Shown here: piece after piece, positions 49,124-59,161 of the stretch
How positions within the stretch are numbered: the stretch's first letter is position 1
How the letters are laid out: each line of letters starts with the position of its first letter
Origin: Candidatus Bathyarchaeota archaeon
Lineage (GTDB): Archaea > Thermoproteota > Bathyarchaeia > TCS64
DNA length: 64,000 bases
Direction of reading: 5' to 3'
Assembly (NCBI GenBank): GCA_963769425.1
Contig: CAVYLP010000003.1
Location: 128,001-192,000 of the forward strand
Notes under the pieces: generated by a model
Seen by the model: only the letters and a program-made list of their open reading frames with translations
What the model was told of the DNA's origin: nothing
Database searches by the model: none
Made by a program: the position numbers and the translations under genes

Positions 49124-49172
49124 CTTTCAAGACTTTTGAAAGAGCTTTCAAACATTATGATCGTTCTTTCAA
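49124..49172. promoter_or_regulatory. Phased CTTTCAA boxes upstream of the DUF4382 gene
   Basis: CTTTCAA at 49124, 49145 and 49166 (exact 21-bp period), plus an inverted copy at 49136. Confidence 0.55.
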
Positions 49173-49221
49173 TTGTGTAGCATCAAATAGCTCCACTGTC
49201 TCCTAATCATCGTTGAACAAC

Positions 49222-50385
49222 ATGGCCACAAAGAGTCTTTCAATCAAGTATGGTGCAGCCGCTATAGTGATGGCTCTAGCTATCATCGGTACATCCCTAT
49301 TCGTGAATAATTCGGTAACCCCAACAGGAACCGCCGTGGGGAAGGGATTAACGAACTTCATCGTCATGCTCACCGACCCGCCAACAGTTCCCTATGGAAC
49401 GACTGAGCTCAACGTGACCTACTCCAGCATACAGCTTCACGTGATTGCCAGAGATGGCACTTCGAACTGGGTGGCATCCCAGGAATCCGGCCGCGTGAAT
49501 CTACTATCACTAGTTAACGTGACGCAGACGATAGCTACACTGAGCCTACCCACAAACTCTACAGTCGACAAGCTTCAATTCACGCTCTCCTCCGCCACCT
49601 CAAATGTCAGCGGCGTAGTTTACCCAGTAACCCTACTATCGAATCAGCTGCTAATCAACATAAGATCCGTAAAGCTCAACGGCACCACGACAGGCGCCCT
49701 CATAGACCTTAGGCCGACCCTGATAGAGATCAACGCCTCCAACTCCACCGGCGGCTCCGTGAAATACTTCGTCCTCTCACCAAGCGCGACCGCTGTCGTA
49801 AAGTCGAGCGTCAACGAGACTCAGAAGAGCATCGGCTGCAGAGTCCGCCTCCAAGATAAGGAGAATAAGGAAATAGCGGATGAGTACCGCAGATCCTCCA
49901 ACAACGTCACGATCACGGATGCCAAATTCTCTGTGAAGGGAAACACCACAACCCTATCCGTCACAATCAAGAACATCGGCAAAGCCAACGCAACCCTGTC
50001 GAGCCTGACAATGAACGGCGAGTTTAACACAACCTTCTCCTGGGTCGTGAAGACACAATTCACCATGGGTAAGAACGACATGATGAGTGGAGGGAACATG
50101 ATGAAGGATCACCCCGAATCGATCCCCTTCAAGATAAGCGGTGGCAAGCTGATACCCATCTTCGGAGACAACGAAGTTGATAATGGTCTAGGCGCAGGGA
50201 AGCTGGTTATAAAGCCGGGGCAGTCAACAACCCTAACCTACACCGGTGTCCTGCAGCTCCGTAGTGATGGCCGCGGCAAGTCGCCGAGCGTCGTCGTGAC
50301 ACCGATGGTTGGAAAAGAGTACACCGTGCGCATCATGAGTACCGGAAACCAGAGCTTAAAAGTCACAGCCGTCAAGGGTACTTAA
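49222..50385 (+). CDS. DUF4382-domain secreted/surface glycoprotein
   Basis: N-terminal signal/TM segment, VMLTDPP motif, many N-x-S/T sequons, Thr/Ser-rich beta domains. Confidence 0.78.
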   Translation: MATKSLSIKYGAAAIVMALAIIGTSLFVNNSVTPTGTAVGKGLTNFIVMLTDPPTVPYGTTELNVTYSSIQLHVIARDGTSNWVASQESGRVNLLSLVNVTQTIATLSLPTNSTVDKLQFTLSSATSNVSGVVYPVTLLSNQLLINIRSVKLNGTTTGALIDLRPTLIEINASNSTGGSVKYFVLSPSATAVVKSSVNETQKSIGCRVRLQDKENKEIADEYRRSSNNVTITDAKFSVKGNTTTLSVTIKNIGKANATLSSLTMNGEFNTTFSWVVKTQFTMGKNDMMSGGNMMKDHPESIPFKISGGKLIPIFGDNEVDNGLGAGKLVIKPGQSTTLTYTGVLQLRSDGRGKSPSVVVTPMVGKEYTVRIMSTGNQSLKVTAVKGT

Positions 50386-50538
50386 TATCTATTTTATTTA
50401 CACATTTTTCGTACGAACCTGAGCTCGTTGGCACTCATCGAGTCAGAGGATTTGTCACAAAAAACAACATCAATACGAAGAATGCGCGTGTGCTTAGTTT
50501 AATTTTTGGCTTTCATTTTCATAGTGTTGCTTGGGTTT

Positions 50539-51675
50539 TTACGCAGTCTCCTTTAGTAGTTCTTCCAGATCATGGTAATCCATCTTCTGGCAGGATGCTC
50601 CTTCCCTGTGTACAAAACTTCCATTTACAATGTTTAGACCCGTCCTTAGAGCCGCATTCTCCCTTACTGCCCTCACCCATCCCTTGTCAGCAACATCCCT
50701 AACATAGGGTAGGATGGCATTAGAGAGGGCCAAGGAGGCGGTTCTCGGGACCGCCCCTGGTACGTTAGGTACACAATAGTGGATAACGCCGTCGCAGCTG
50801 AAGGTAGGGTGATCGTGGTGCGTCTCCTGGCAAGTTTCGATGGGGCCATCGGGATCGCAGCCTATATCAACTATAACTGAGCCCGGCTTCATATGACTCA
50901 CCATCTCTTTTGTGACGATCCTCTTCCGGGTCCTGAGAGGGTTGAAGAAGACACCGTTGATGACGAGGTCGGCCTTCTTAACCGATTCTTCGACGTTGTG
51001 TCTGTCGGAGATGAGGGTAGTAACCTTGTTGGCGAAGATGTCGTTTAGCTCGTTGAGGCGGCGGACGTTTACATCGAGAACCGTGACGTTCGCCCCAAGC
51101 CCGACAGCTGCCTTCGCAGCGCCTGTGCCGACGGATCCCCCGCCGATGATGACAACTTCGGCGGGTCTGCATCCTGCCATTCTCCCTATCATTACGCCCT
51201 CCCCGCCGAGGTGTGTCTGGAGGTGGTAGGCGCCCATGATGACGCCGTTGTGGCCAGCTATTTCGCTCATAGGGGCAAGGAGGGGGGTTGACCCGTTTGA
51301 TTGGACTGTGTCGTAACTGAAGGCGATGACGTGAGCCTTGATCAGTGCTTCAGCTAGGGGGCGTTTCGAGGTGAGTAGGCCCTCAGTGAAGTGGAGGTAC
51401 GCCATAATGATCTTGCCCTCTCGGAGATTCCCGAACTCCTGAGGGAGGATCTCCTTCACCTTGACAATTAGGTCAGACTCAAATATTGCCTCATGGCTAT
51501 CTGCGATTTCGGCGCCGGCTCGCTGGTACTCCTCATTTGTGAAACCACTGGCGACTCCTGCGTCCCTCTCGACTATTATGTGGTGCCCGTTCTCCTTCAG
51601 GGCTTCGATGGCTTGGGGTGTGAGTGCCACCCTGTTTTCTCCTGACTTGACTTCACTTGGGACTCCGATTATCAT
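50539..51675 (-). CDS. ald: Alanine dehydrogenase (bacterial type)
   Basis: GVPSEVK.GENRVALTP, KVKE, YLH, PLLAPMSEIAG, GGGSVG, HYCVPNVPGAVPRTAS. Confidence 0.93.
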   Translation of the reverse strand: MIIGVPSEVKSGENRVALTPQAIEALKENGHHIIVERDAGVASGFTNEEYQRAGAEIADSHEAIFESDLIVKVKEILPQEFGNLREGKIIMAYLHFTEGLLTSKRPLAEALIKAHVIAFSYDTVQSNGSTPLLAPMSEIAGHNGVIMGAYHLQTHLGGEGVMIGRMAGCRPAEVVIIGGGSVGTGAAKAAVGLGANVTVLDVNVRRLNELNDIFANKVTTLISDRHNVEESVKKADLVINGVFFNPLRTRKRIVTKEMVSHMKPGSVIVDIGCDPDGPIETCQETHHDHPTFSCDGVIHYCVPNVPGAVPRTASLALSNAILPYVRDVADKGWVRAVRENAALRTGLNIVNGSFVHREGASCQKMDYHDLEELLKETA

Positions 51676-51847
51676 GGCTTGTCTGGTATGGTCAATTTCT
51701 CTATCAATTATTTAACAGCGTGTATCTTCGCGTGCAGCTCGCATCGCGATAAATAGGATAAACACACGTTTAATAGCCAGGGGCTCGTGTATGTTGCGTA
51801 TATTGGAAACCTAACGGTTGCCCGTGTACGAAAAGGAGAAACAAAAA

Positions 51848-52018
51848 ATGGGATATAGAGATAGTCGAAGTAACTACAACAGTGGGCCGCGCGAGATGAC
51901 GAAGGTCATTTGCTCCGACTGTGGAAAGGAGACGGAAGTCCCCTTCAAGCCAACCGAGGGTCGGCCAGTCTACTGTCAAGAGTGCTTCGCTAAGCACAGG
52001 CCACCGAGAAGGTTCTAG
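51848..52018 (+). CDS. CxxC-x17-CxxC small zinc-binding protein
   Basis: CSDCG...VPFKP..GRPVYCQECF; AGGAG RBS. Confidence 0.92.
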   Translation: MGYRDSRSNYNSGPREMTKVICSDCGKETEVPFKPTEGRPVYCQECFAKHRPPRRF

Positions 52019-52038
52019 ACCAAGTCAAGTGACCGATA

Positions 52039-52073
52039 AGCGGAGGAATCCGCTATGTTTTTTTTATTTTTTT
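52039..52073 (+). terminator. Hairpin plus poly-T terminator
   Basis: AGCGGA-GGAA-TCCGCT followed by a long T tract. Confidence 0.7.
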
Positions 52074-52789
52074 AAATATTTACAACGCATACATTTTATT
52101 TCAGGTTAGGGATTTACCGTTTTTATTAGTCTTTTGAGCCATCTCTCTTTGTTTATATCTTGTTATTGGTTTCAGTTTGGTGGTGTGTGCGAGGATTAAG
52201 TAATAAAACTCAGATATCAGCGCAGTACACCAGTCAATGAGTTAGTTTGTGACCTCAAATTGTTAGTTCTTACTTTCAGTCAGCAAGGCTATTAAACTCG
52301 GAAGAGCAGCGAGTTTTATTTAGGGGGTGGAAATAGATCAAGAGCTATTTACAACCTCGAATAGTCGGGCACCTTGTTTTCGTCTCGGGGGTCGAAGAGA
52401 CCCCGAAAAAATAGATTAATCCTGTGTGGCATTTTTTGGGTCTTGTAAAGAATATGGAAGAGCTCTACTGATAAGTTAGAAGATTTGGATAAGATCTGTG
52501 ATGTTGAGTTGCGATGTATAGCTGTCATCTTCTCTTTTACGCGTGTATCTCCTGGAGTAACATAGCATTCATTTCCATCCCTTCTGATTTCAATTCTTTG
52601 AAAACTAGCTTCGACCTATTATATTAAATTGAGCATGAATTGTTTAAGATAATTAGAAATAAGATTAATACTGAATCAATTAGCATCCTGTTGTTTATTA
52701 CGAATATTTTTTAGGAATCTTTTAAATTAAAACGAGGAGTTACCTGAGCTTATTTAAAGGTAATTTAATTCAAACTAAAATATGAGAAG

Positions 52790-52906
52790 TGGTCCCGCCT
52801 CCGGGATTTGAACCTGGAACCACTCGGTGTCTGCTCAAGGCCTGATTGCCTTCGCCCCGCGGGGCGGAAGCTACAGCCGAATGCTCTACCATTGAGCTAA
52901 GGCGGG
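52790..52906 (-). tRNA. tRNA-Tyr (GTA) with a 42-nt intron at 37/38 (52829-52870), CCA encoded
   Basis: CCCGCCTTAGCTCA...TTCGG CT GTA G [intron] A CCGAG...GGTTCAAATCC...GGCGGGACCA; BHB central helix CTGT/GCAG. Confidence 0.95.
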
Positions 52907-52948
52907 CTCCGCCAAAAGGAGTCTGCACGGAAAATATAAGCCCTATGG

Positions 52949-54052
52949 TCAGCTGGCACTGCCCACCCGAGGGCGGAGGGCCTCCCTGATGCTCCTTCGA
53001 TATGACGGCCTAAGTACGCCAACGTCCGTGATGAACCCGGTGATGTACTTAGCTGGGGTCACGTCGAAACTGGGGTTTTTGGCCACCGTACCCTCAGCAG
53101 AAATACGGACCTTTGTGTAATTGCCATTCTCATCCGCACCCCAGACATAGTTGACCTCGTCGGGGTTTCTCTCCTCGATCTCGATGCCGTCCCCGTTGGA
53201 GCACTTGAGGTCGAAAGTCATCCTAGGGGCTGCCACGTAGAATGGAATACCATTTTCTTTGGCTAGTACCGCTTTCTCGTAGGTGCCGATCTTGTTGGCC
53301 GTGTCTCCGTTCGCCGCGATTCTGTCCGCGCCCACAATTACGAAGTCGATCTCACCTCGGTGCATATAGTGACCCGCGGCGTTGTCCACGATGAGGGCGT
53401 ATGGTATACCCTCTTGCTGAAGCTCCCATGCGGTGAGTTTCGCGCCTTGGCTGCGTGGGCGGGTCTCGTCTGTGTAGACGAAGATGTGTTTTCCGGACCT
53501 GTGAGCGACTCGTATTGGGGCGAGGGCGGAGCCGTTGTCAATGAAGGCGAGTGCCCCCGCGTTGCAGTGGGTGAGTATTTTAAAGCCTTCCTTGATGAGG
53601 GCGTTACCGTACTCTCCCATCTTCTTCGAGGCTTCGAGGTCCTCCAGCGCGAGCTTGTCCGCCTCGGAACACGTAGCGGAGACCCGCTCAGCTATGGTCC
53701 CCTTCGATGCGGCTTTCTCGCATCTATCGATTGCGTGGAAGAGGTTTACAGCCGTGGGGCGTGTTGACCTGAGAAAGTCAGCGGCCTCGGAGACGTAAGC
53801 ATTGAATTCCTTTAGGTTTTTCCCCTGCGCCTCGATGGCTGCCTGGGCCACACCGTACCCCCCGGCGACGCCTATGGCACCCGCGCCTCTGACCGCCATG
53901 TCGCGGATCGCCTCCGCCGTCTCCAAGTGGTTGCGCAGCGTCAGTATCTCAAACCTATGCGGGAGGAGTCGCTGATCGATCATCTTCACCTCGGATCCCT
54001 CCCTCCAAAGTGTCCACAGCTCCCGCGTCTCACCGTTGAACTTTACCCTCAT
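52949..54052 (-). CDS. mtnA: Methylthioribose-1-phosphate isomerase (eIF2B-like family)
   Basis: IDQRLLP, VRGAGAIG, TRPTAVNL, LTHCNAG, DETRPRSQGAKLTAWE, ANKIGT, NPSFDVTP. Confidence 0.93.
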   Translation of the reverse strand: MRVKFNGETRELWTLWREGSEVKMIDQRLLPHRFEILTLRNHLETAEAIRDMAVRGAGAIGVAGGYGVAQAAIEAQGKNLKEFNAYVSEAADFLRSTRPTAVNLFHAIDRCEKAASKGTIAERVSATCSEADKLALEDLEASKKMGEYGNALIKEGFKILTHCNAGALAFIDNGSALAPIRVAHRSGKHIFVYTDETRPRSQGAKLTAWELQQEGIPYALIVDNAAGHYMHRGEIDFVIVGADRIAANGDTANKIGTYEKAVLAKENGIPFYVAAPRMTFDLKCSNGDGIEIEERNPDEVNYVWGADENGNYTKVRISAEGTVAKNPSFDVTPAKYITGFITDVGVLRPSYRRSIREALRPRVGSAS

Positions 54053-54696
54053 TACTTAATCACTTCACCGCTCTTCTTCGCCCAGAGGTAGAGATCCATC
54101 TGACCAAGGGGCATGTCGAGCCTCTCAGCCACGCCTGTTAGTATCTTCTCATACTCCAGGTACTTCTTCCTCGTCACAGTTTTGGGGCGCTCATCGATAA
54201 TGCCCTGTTCTAGCATGTGTGTGAGGATGTGCTTGTCTATTATGGCGAGGTCGAGATAGCCGACGTTTCGGAGGAAGTGACTCGCCTCCTTCATGCCGAG
54301 ACCTGTTATATTTTCTACCAACCATTCCCTAGCGGTGCGGCTGCTCGGCTGAGAGGTGATGATCATCTTAAGGTCCTTCTTGTGAGCGCGCGCCTTCAGG
54401 ATGAACTCGGCACGTTTATTTGGGAACCTATGTCTGTGCTCAAGACAAGTCCTCAGCTCATCCAGTCCACCCTCATTGATAGCTCCGCAGTCGTTGAGGG
54501 CGGCGATACAGGCGACAGCTCCCCTAGCGCTGTAGTTGGCTGTAAGCAGGCAGAAGACGAGCTCCTCGAACCACCTCTCCTCCCCCTCGCCTTGTGCCAC
54601 CTTGAACTCCTTGATCCTCGCCTCCACTTTTCTGCGTGTCTCGGGTTTCTCCACCTCCGCCCTCACAACGGCTGCGAGACGCTCAAGGCTCTCCAT
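54052..54696 (-). CDS. ogg: 8-oxoguanine DNA glycosylase/AP lyase (Ogg2 type)
   Basis: ELVFCLLTAN, HRFPNKRA, GLGMKEASHFLRNVG, AIIDKH, DLYLW, C-terminal K. Confidence 0.93.
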   Translation of the reverse strand: MESLERLAAVVRAEVEKPETRRKVEARIKEFKVAQGEGEERWFEELVFCLLTANYSARGAVACIAALNDCGAINEGGLDELRTCLEHRHRFPNKRAEFILKARAHKKDLKMIITSQPSSRTAREWLVENITGLGMKEASHFLRNVGYLDLAIIDKHILTHMLEQGIIDERPKTVTRKKYLEYEKILTGVAERLDMPLGQMDLYLWAKKSGEVIK

Positions 54697-54836
54697 GACG
54701 GGTTGCACGATCCTTAACCTCGACTGGGCTCTTCTTAAAGGCATACAAGGTCATATTGCCTTCCTGGTGTAAACCGCTGCGATGGATACGGTTATACTCG
54801 CAGGCACTCGGCTATTCTTCTGCAGGTGCCGCTGGC

Positions 54837-55373
54837 TTGTCTGTGGATGTGAACCTCCTCGAATACGAGAACACTCCAATCAAGCTGGTGGCTCTCAGGA
54901 AGACCCCGAAGATAGAGACCCCCGGACTCATCATTGAGGAGGTGGACGAGCGCAAGGAGTTCTCCGTCCCATTCTGGGTCGCCAGCGTCCTGGTCGAGGC
55001 CGGACTCGCCAAGTACGGTGAGGAGGGACTAACAACCGAGGAGTGGACCTCGACCCACTTCAAGGAACGCTATAACCCAGGTGGGCCACCCGGGGCCCTG
55101 ACCAAGGACTTCTACGCCAAGGCATACATCAGCCTCACCCTCGCGGCTAAGGCGGTAGGAAGTGACCCCACGAAAGCGGAGCAGATCAACAGGCTCCACG
55201 CACGCTTCAGGGAGATCATCGATAGTAGGGTGGGTAAGGTCACACGCATCGCCACGACCGAGACCGCCCTCCAGCCCGGCATCCTCCAACCCGAGGAGCA
55301 GGCACTTTACCAGGAGCTTGAGCATCTGGTATCCGAGTGGCGCAGGGACATAAGGAGGCTGAGCACCAGGTAA
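54837..55373 (+). CDS. GINS complex subunit (Gins23 type)
   Basis: VPFWVA, L.KDFY, IIDSRVGK, L.PEE..LY; directly upstream of mcm. Confidence 0.85.
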   Translation: MSVDVNLLEYENTPIKLVALRKTPKIETPGLIIEEVDERKEFSVPFWVASVLVEAGLAKYGEEGLTTEEWTSTHFKERYNPGGPPGALTKDFYAKAYISLTLAAKAVGSDPTKAEQINRLHARFREIIDSRVGKVTRIATTETALQPGILQPEEQALYQELEHLVSEWRRDIRRLSTR

Positions 55374-57418
55374 TGGCCAAGCAGGTTAGCCACGAGGAGG
55401 TCTTCACCCGATTCGTCGAGGACTTCCGCAACGACGAGGGCGCCCTCAAGTACGAGCAGGCAATACAAGAGATGCCCATAAAGGGCGTCAGGTCCCTCCT
55501 TGTCGACTTTAACGACCTCTACAACTACGACATGGAACTCGCCACCGACGCGCTGAAGGATCCCGAAAGGATACTCGAGCTTTTCAGCCGCGTCGTCTAC
55601 GACAAGCTCAGGCAGCGCGACCTCGTCTACGCCGAGGCACAGAAGAAGATACACGTCCGCATCCGCGCCCTTCCCTCCGTCACACAGCTCAGGAAGATAG
55701 GCTCCGAGCACATCGGGCGCCTCGTCATGGTCCAGGGCATAATAGTACGCGCCTCCGCCACGACTCCCCAGGTCATGAAGGCCGTCTTCCGCTGCAGCAA
55801 CTGCAACGAACTCAACTACGTCGAGCAGGACGGGGAGACCATCAAAACCCCCATCAAGTGCGAGCACTGCGATAGCAAGGTCAGGTTCGACCTCGTCCCT
55901 AAGCTCTCAGTCTTCATGGACTCTCAGAGGGTCACTATCCAAGAGAGGCCTGAGGACCTGCCCCCGGGGCAGCTCCCCCGTAGCCTACACGTCGACCTAA
56001 AGGATGATGTAGTCGATCAAGCTCGCCCTGGTGATAGGATCACAATCGTTGGCAGCGTCGACCTACTCCAGCGCTTCGGGCGCGGCGGACAACTGCGCAT
56101 CTTTGACATGGTGATGGAGGCAAGCCACATAGAGGTTAGTGGCCGCGATTCGGAGATGACCGCCATCTCCCCCGAGGACGAGGAGAAGATTAAGGAAATA
56201 GCCCAGGACCCGTGGGTCCACCGCCACCTCCTACAGAGCATCGCCCCCAGCATCTACGGCCACGAGAACATCAAGGAGTCAATCCTCTACCTACTCTTCG
56301 GGGGCGTAAACAAGGAACTCCCCGACGTCCGCATAAGGGGGGACATAAACGTCCTGCTTGTCGGTGACCCGGGTACGGGTAAGAGCCAACTCCTACAGTT
56401 CGCGGCGAAGATAGCGCCGAGGGGGCTTTTGACGACTGGCAGGGGGAGCACCGCCGCGGGTCTCACAGCCGCCGTCGTCAAGGAGGGGGGGACCGGCAAC
56501 TTCGTACTAGAGGCGGGAGCCCTCGTACTTAGTGACCAGGGCGTATGCTGCATCGACGAGATCGACAAGATGAGGGAGGAGGACAGGGGTGCTATACACC
56601 CCGCGATGGAGCAGCAGATCGTGCCGATCGCGAAGGGCGGAATAGTCGCTACCCTCAACGCTCGCGCGAGCATCCTTGCCGCGGCGAACCCGACGTTGGG
56701 CCGATACAACCCCTACCAGACCATTGGGCAGAACATCAACCTCCCAGTAACTATCCTCAGCAGGTTCGACGTCATCTTCGTCCTCAAGGACGTCCCCGAC
56801 GCCGAGAGGGACGCGACGATGGCTGAGCACATACTCGGCCTCCACAGGTCAGCGGGCTCAACCATCACATCCCCCATCGACCCTGAGCTCTTCAGGAAGT
56901 ACATCAGCTACGCTAAGACACGCGTCCGCCCTCTCCTCAGCGAGGAGGTCGTAACCCGATTCAGGGACTTCTACGTCAAGATGAGGACCGCCAGCGTCGA
57001 AGGTGGTGAGGCGTCCGCTGTCGCCATCACGGCGCGTCAGTTGGAGAGTCTGGTTAGGCTCGCCGAGGCACGTGCCAAGGCACACCTCAGAAGCGAGGTC
57101 ACGAAGGAGGACGCCGAGGCAGTCATCACTCTCATGCAGACCAGCCTAGAGCAGGTGGGTATCGACGTCTCCACGGGTCAGATAGACATCGACATCCTCT
57201 ACACGGGCAAGCCTAGAAGCCTCCAGACGCAGCTACAGAAGGTGCTCGGCAAGATAGCGGAGCTGGAGAGGACCGGCCCAGTTAAGGACGATGATCTCTA
57301 CGAGGCGCTCGCCGAGGAGGGCGTGAACAGGAGCGAGGCGGCGAAGCTCATCAGCACGCTGATGAGGGATGGTACGATCTTCTCGCCGCGCCCGGGTACC
57401 TACCGGCGCGCCTCCTAG
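55373..57418 (+). CDS. mcm: Replicative helicase MCM
   Basis: Zn finger CSNC/CEHC, GDPGTGKSQ, IDEIDKM, ILSRFD, ITARQLESLVRLAEA; no intein. Confidence 0.98.
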   Translation: MAKQVSHEEVFTRFVEDFRNDEGALKYEQAIQEMPIKGVRSLLVDFNDLYNYDMELATDALKDPERILELFSRVVYDKLRQRDLVYAEAQKKIHVRIRALPSVTQLRKIGSEHIGRLVMVQGIIVRASATTPQVMKAVFRCSNCNELNYVEQDGETIKTPIKCEHCDSKVRFDLVPKLSVFMDSQRVTIQERPEDLPPGQLPRSLHVDLKDDVVDQARPGDRITIVGSVDLLQRFGRGGQLRIFDMVMEASHIEVSGRDSEMTAISPEDEEKIKEIAQDPWVHRHLLQSIAPSIYGHENIKESILYLLFGGVNKELPDVRIRGDINVLLVGDPGTGKSQLLQFAAKIAPRGLLTTGRGSTAAGLTAAVVKEGGTGNFVLEAGALVLSDQGVCCIDEIDKMREEDRGAIHPAMEQQIVPIAKGGIVATLNARASILAAANPTLGRYNPYQTIGQNINLPVTILSRFDVIFVLKDVPDAERDATMAEHILGLHRSAGSTITSPIDPELFRKYISYAKTRVRPLLSEEVVTRFRDFYVKMRTASVEGGEASAVAITARQLESLVRLAEARAKAHLRSEVTKEDAEAVITLMQTSLEQVGIDVSTGQIDIDILYTGKPRSLQTQLQKVLGKIAELERTGPVKDDDLYEALAEEGVNRSEAAKLISTLMRDGTIFSPRPGTYRRAS

Positions 57419-57488
57419 TCGTTGGGAAATCCTTAAACGGGTACCGCCTCAGCCTATTGTTAACGCGGGCGCTATTGGAGGAACTGAT

Positions 57489-58559
57489 ACGGTCATCAAG
57501 GTAGCCATTGCCGGCGTTGGCAACTGCGCCTCCGCCCTTGTTCAGGGCGTCGAGTTCTACAAGAACGTCGAGAAGGATGAGGACATCCCCGGCGTCATGC
57601 ATGCACGCTTCGGGGACTACCACATACGGGACGTAAAGTTCGTCGCCGCATTCGAGGTAAACAAGGAGAAGATTGGTAAGGACATCGCAGACGCCATCTG
57701 GGCTGACCCCAACTGCTGCGCCAAGTTCAGCGACGTCCCAAAGACAGGCGCCAAGGTCTACGCCGGCCCAATTAACGACAGCGTCGCCCCACACATGTAC
57801 GACGCCTTCCACGCTGACAAGAGCATAGAGACCGTCAACGTAGCACAGATACTCAAGGAGAGCGACGCCGACATGTTAGTTAACTACCTCCCTGTCGGCA
57901 GCGCTAAGGGGACACAGGTCTACGCACAGGCGGCGCTAGACGCTGGCTGCGCCTTCGTCAACTGCATCCCAGAGTTCATCTGCAGCGTCCCCGCGTGGGC
58001 GAAGAAGTTCGAGAAGGCAGGGCTCCCGGTCGCTGGAGACGACATAAAGAGCCAAGTCGGCGCAACTATCGTCCACCGCGTACTCGCGAGGCTCTTCTAT
58101 GATCGCGGTGTGAAGATCGACTCAACCTATCAACTCAACATAGGGGGCAACACTGATTTCCTCAACATGACCGTCGAGAACAGGCTCAAGACGAAGCGCA
58201 TAAGCAAGACGCAGGCCGTCCAGAGCCTCATCCCATACGATGTCCCAACGAGGATAGGCCCAAGCGACTACGTCCCCTTCCTTGAGGACCACAAGGTCTG
58301 CTACATCAGGATCAACGGCAAGGCCTTCGGCGATCTACCCCTCGTGATGGACGCGAAGCTCTTAGTCAACGACAGCCCCAACAGCGGAGGAGTAGTAATC
58401 GATGTGGTCCGGGCCGTGAAGATCGCCCTAGACCGGGGCATAAGCGGCCCTCTCCTCGGGATAAGCAGCTATAGCTTCAAGCATCCACCCCAGCAGGTCC
58501 CCGATGACCAAGCCCACCAGTGGGTCGAGGACTACATCGCAGGTAAAAGAGATCGTTAA
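57489..58559 (+). CDS. ino1: Myo-inositol-1-phosphate synthase; apparent ACG start
   Basis: IAGVGNCAS, NYLPVGS, GDDIKSQVGAT, GGNTDFLNM, DSPNS, FKHPP. Confidence 0.93.
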   Translation, partial: TVIKVAIAGVGNCASALVQGVEFYKNVEKDEDIPGVMHARFGDYHIRDVKFVAAFEVNKEKIGKDIADAIWADPNCCAKFSDVPKTGAKVYAGPINDSVAPHMYDAFHADKSIETVNVAQILKESDADMLVNYLPVGSAKGTQVYAQAALDAGCAFVNCIPEFICSVPAWAKKFEKAGLPVAGDDIKSQVGATIVHRVLARLFYDRGVKIDSTYQLNIGGNTDFLNMTVENRLKTKRISKTQAVQSLIPYDVPTRIGPSDYVPFLEDHKVCYIRINGKAFGDLPLVMDAKLLVNDSPNSGGVVIDVVRAVKIALDRGISGPLLGISSYSFKHPPQQVPDDQAHQWVEDYIAGKRDR

Positions 58560-59059
58560 GATTCTGGGAACCAGAGGGTGAGTTCTAACCTCGCCTCCTC
58601 AAGATTACCCGAGGCGTGTATGAGATTCTCACACGCCCTATTTTCAGCGGTGCTCCTCGCGATGGAGTCGACGCCGAAGTCGCCCCTGATCGTCCCCTTC
58701 TCCGCCGTGGCTGGGTCTGTGTACCCCGTGACCTTCCTCACGTTCTGAATGGCCTCCTCGCCACCGAACCTTATAGCGATGACGGGGTTTCGGGTAAAGT
58801 ACTTCCTCAGCCGTTCAAGCACATTCATTCCGTGGGCTTTCACGTCGGTTATGCCGGGGGAGGCGAGCTGCGCCTTCTTCCCAAGCCCCTCCGCCATAGA
58901 GTCCGGATAATGCTTCCTCAGAATGGCCTCATTCACCTTACGATAGTAGCGAATATCAACAATTCTCAATCCAGCCACCTCGAATCTGCTGATTATTAAT
59001 CCCACGAGATTCCTCTCGAGTGCATCCGGCTTCAGAATGACGAGGGTCTCCTGATACAT
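58556..59059 (-). CDS. ndk: Nucleoside diphosphate kinase
   Basis: LKPDA, G.TDP..A.KGTIRGDFG, NLIHAS. Confidence 0.95.
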   Translation of the reverse strand: MYQETLVILKPDALERNLVGLIISRFEVAGLRIVDIRYYRKVNEAILRKHYPDSMAEGLGKKAQLASPGITDVKAHGMNVLERLRKYFTRNPVIAIRFGGEEAIQNVRKVTGYTDPATAEKGTIRGDFGVDSIARSTAENRACENLIHASGNLEEARLELTLWFPES

Positions 59060-59161
59060 CCTTCTTCCCGAATATGGAAAAGTCGATGACCTATAACGCC
59101 TTCGCCCGCGGAAGCGATAAGCAATTTAACCACAACGTCTCAGACTCTCCCGGTAAACGAC

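Noticed and set aside
49124-49172. CRISPR repeat remnant (CTTTCAAT resembles archaeal repeat ends)
   Set aside because: Only 7 bp are shared, and a 21-bp period is incompatible with repeat-spacer units.
52080-52790. Replication origin in the AT-rich spacer near gins-mcm
   Set aside because: No clear ORB repeats and no cdc6/orc1 gene nearby. It fits degraded island-edge DNA better (one GC hairpin at about 52385-52406).
55373-57418. Intein in MCM
   Set aside because: The length (~680 aa) and continuous motifs leave no room for an insertion.
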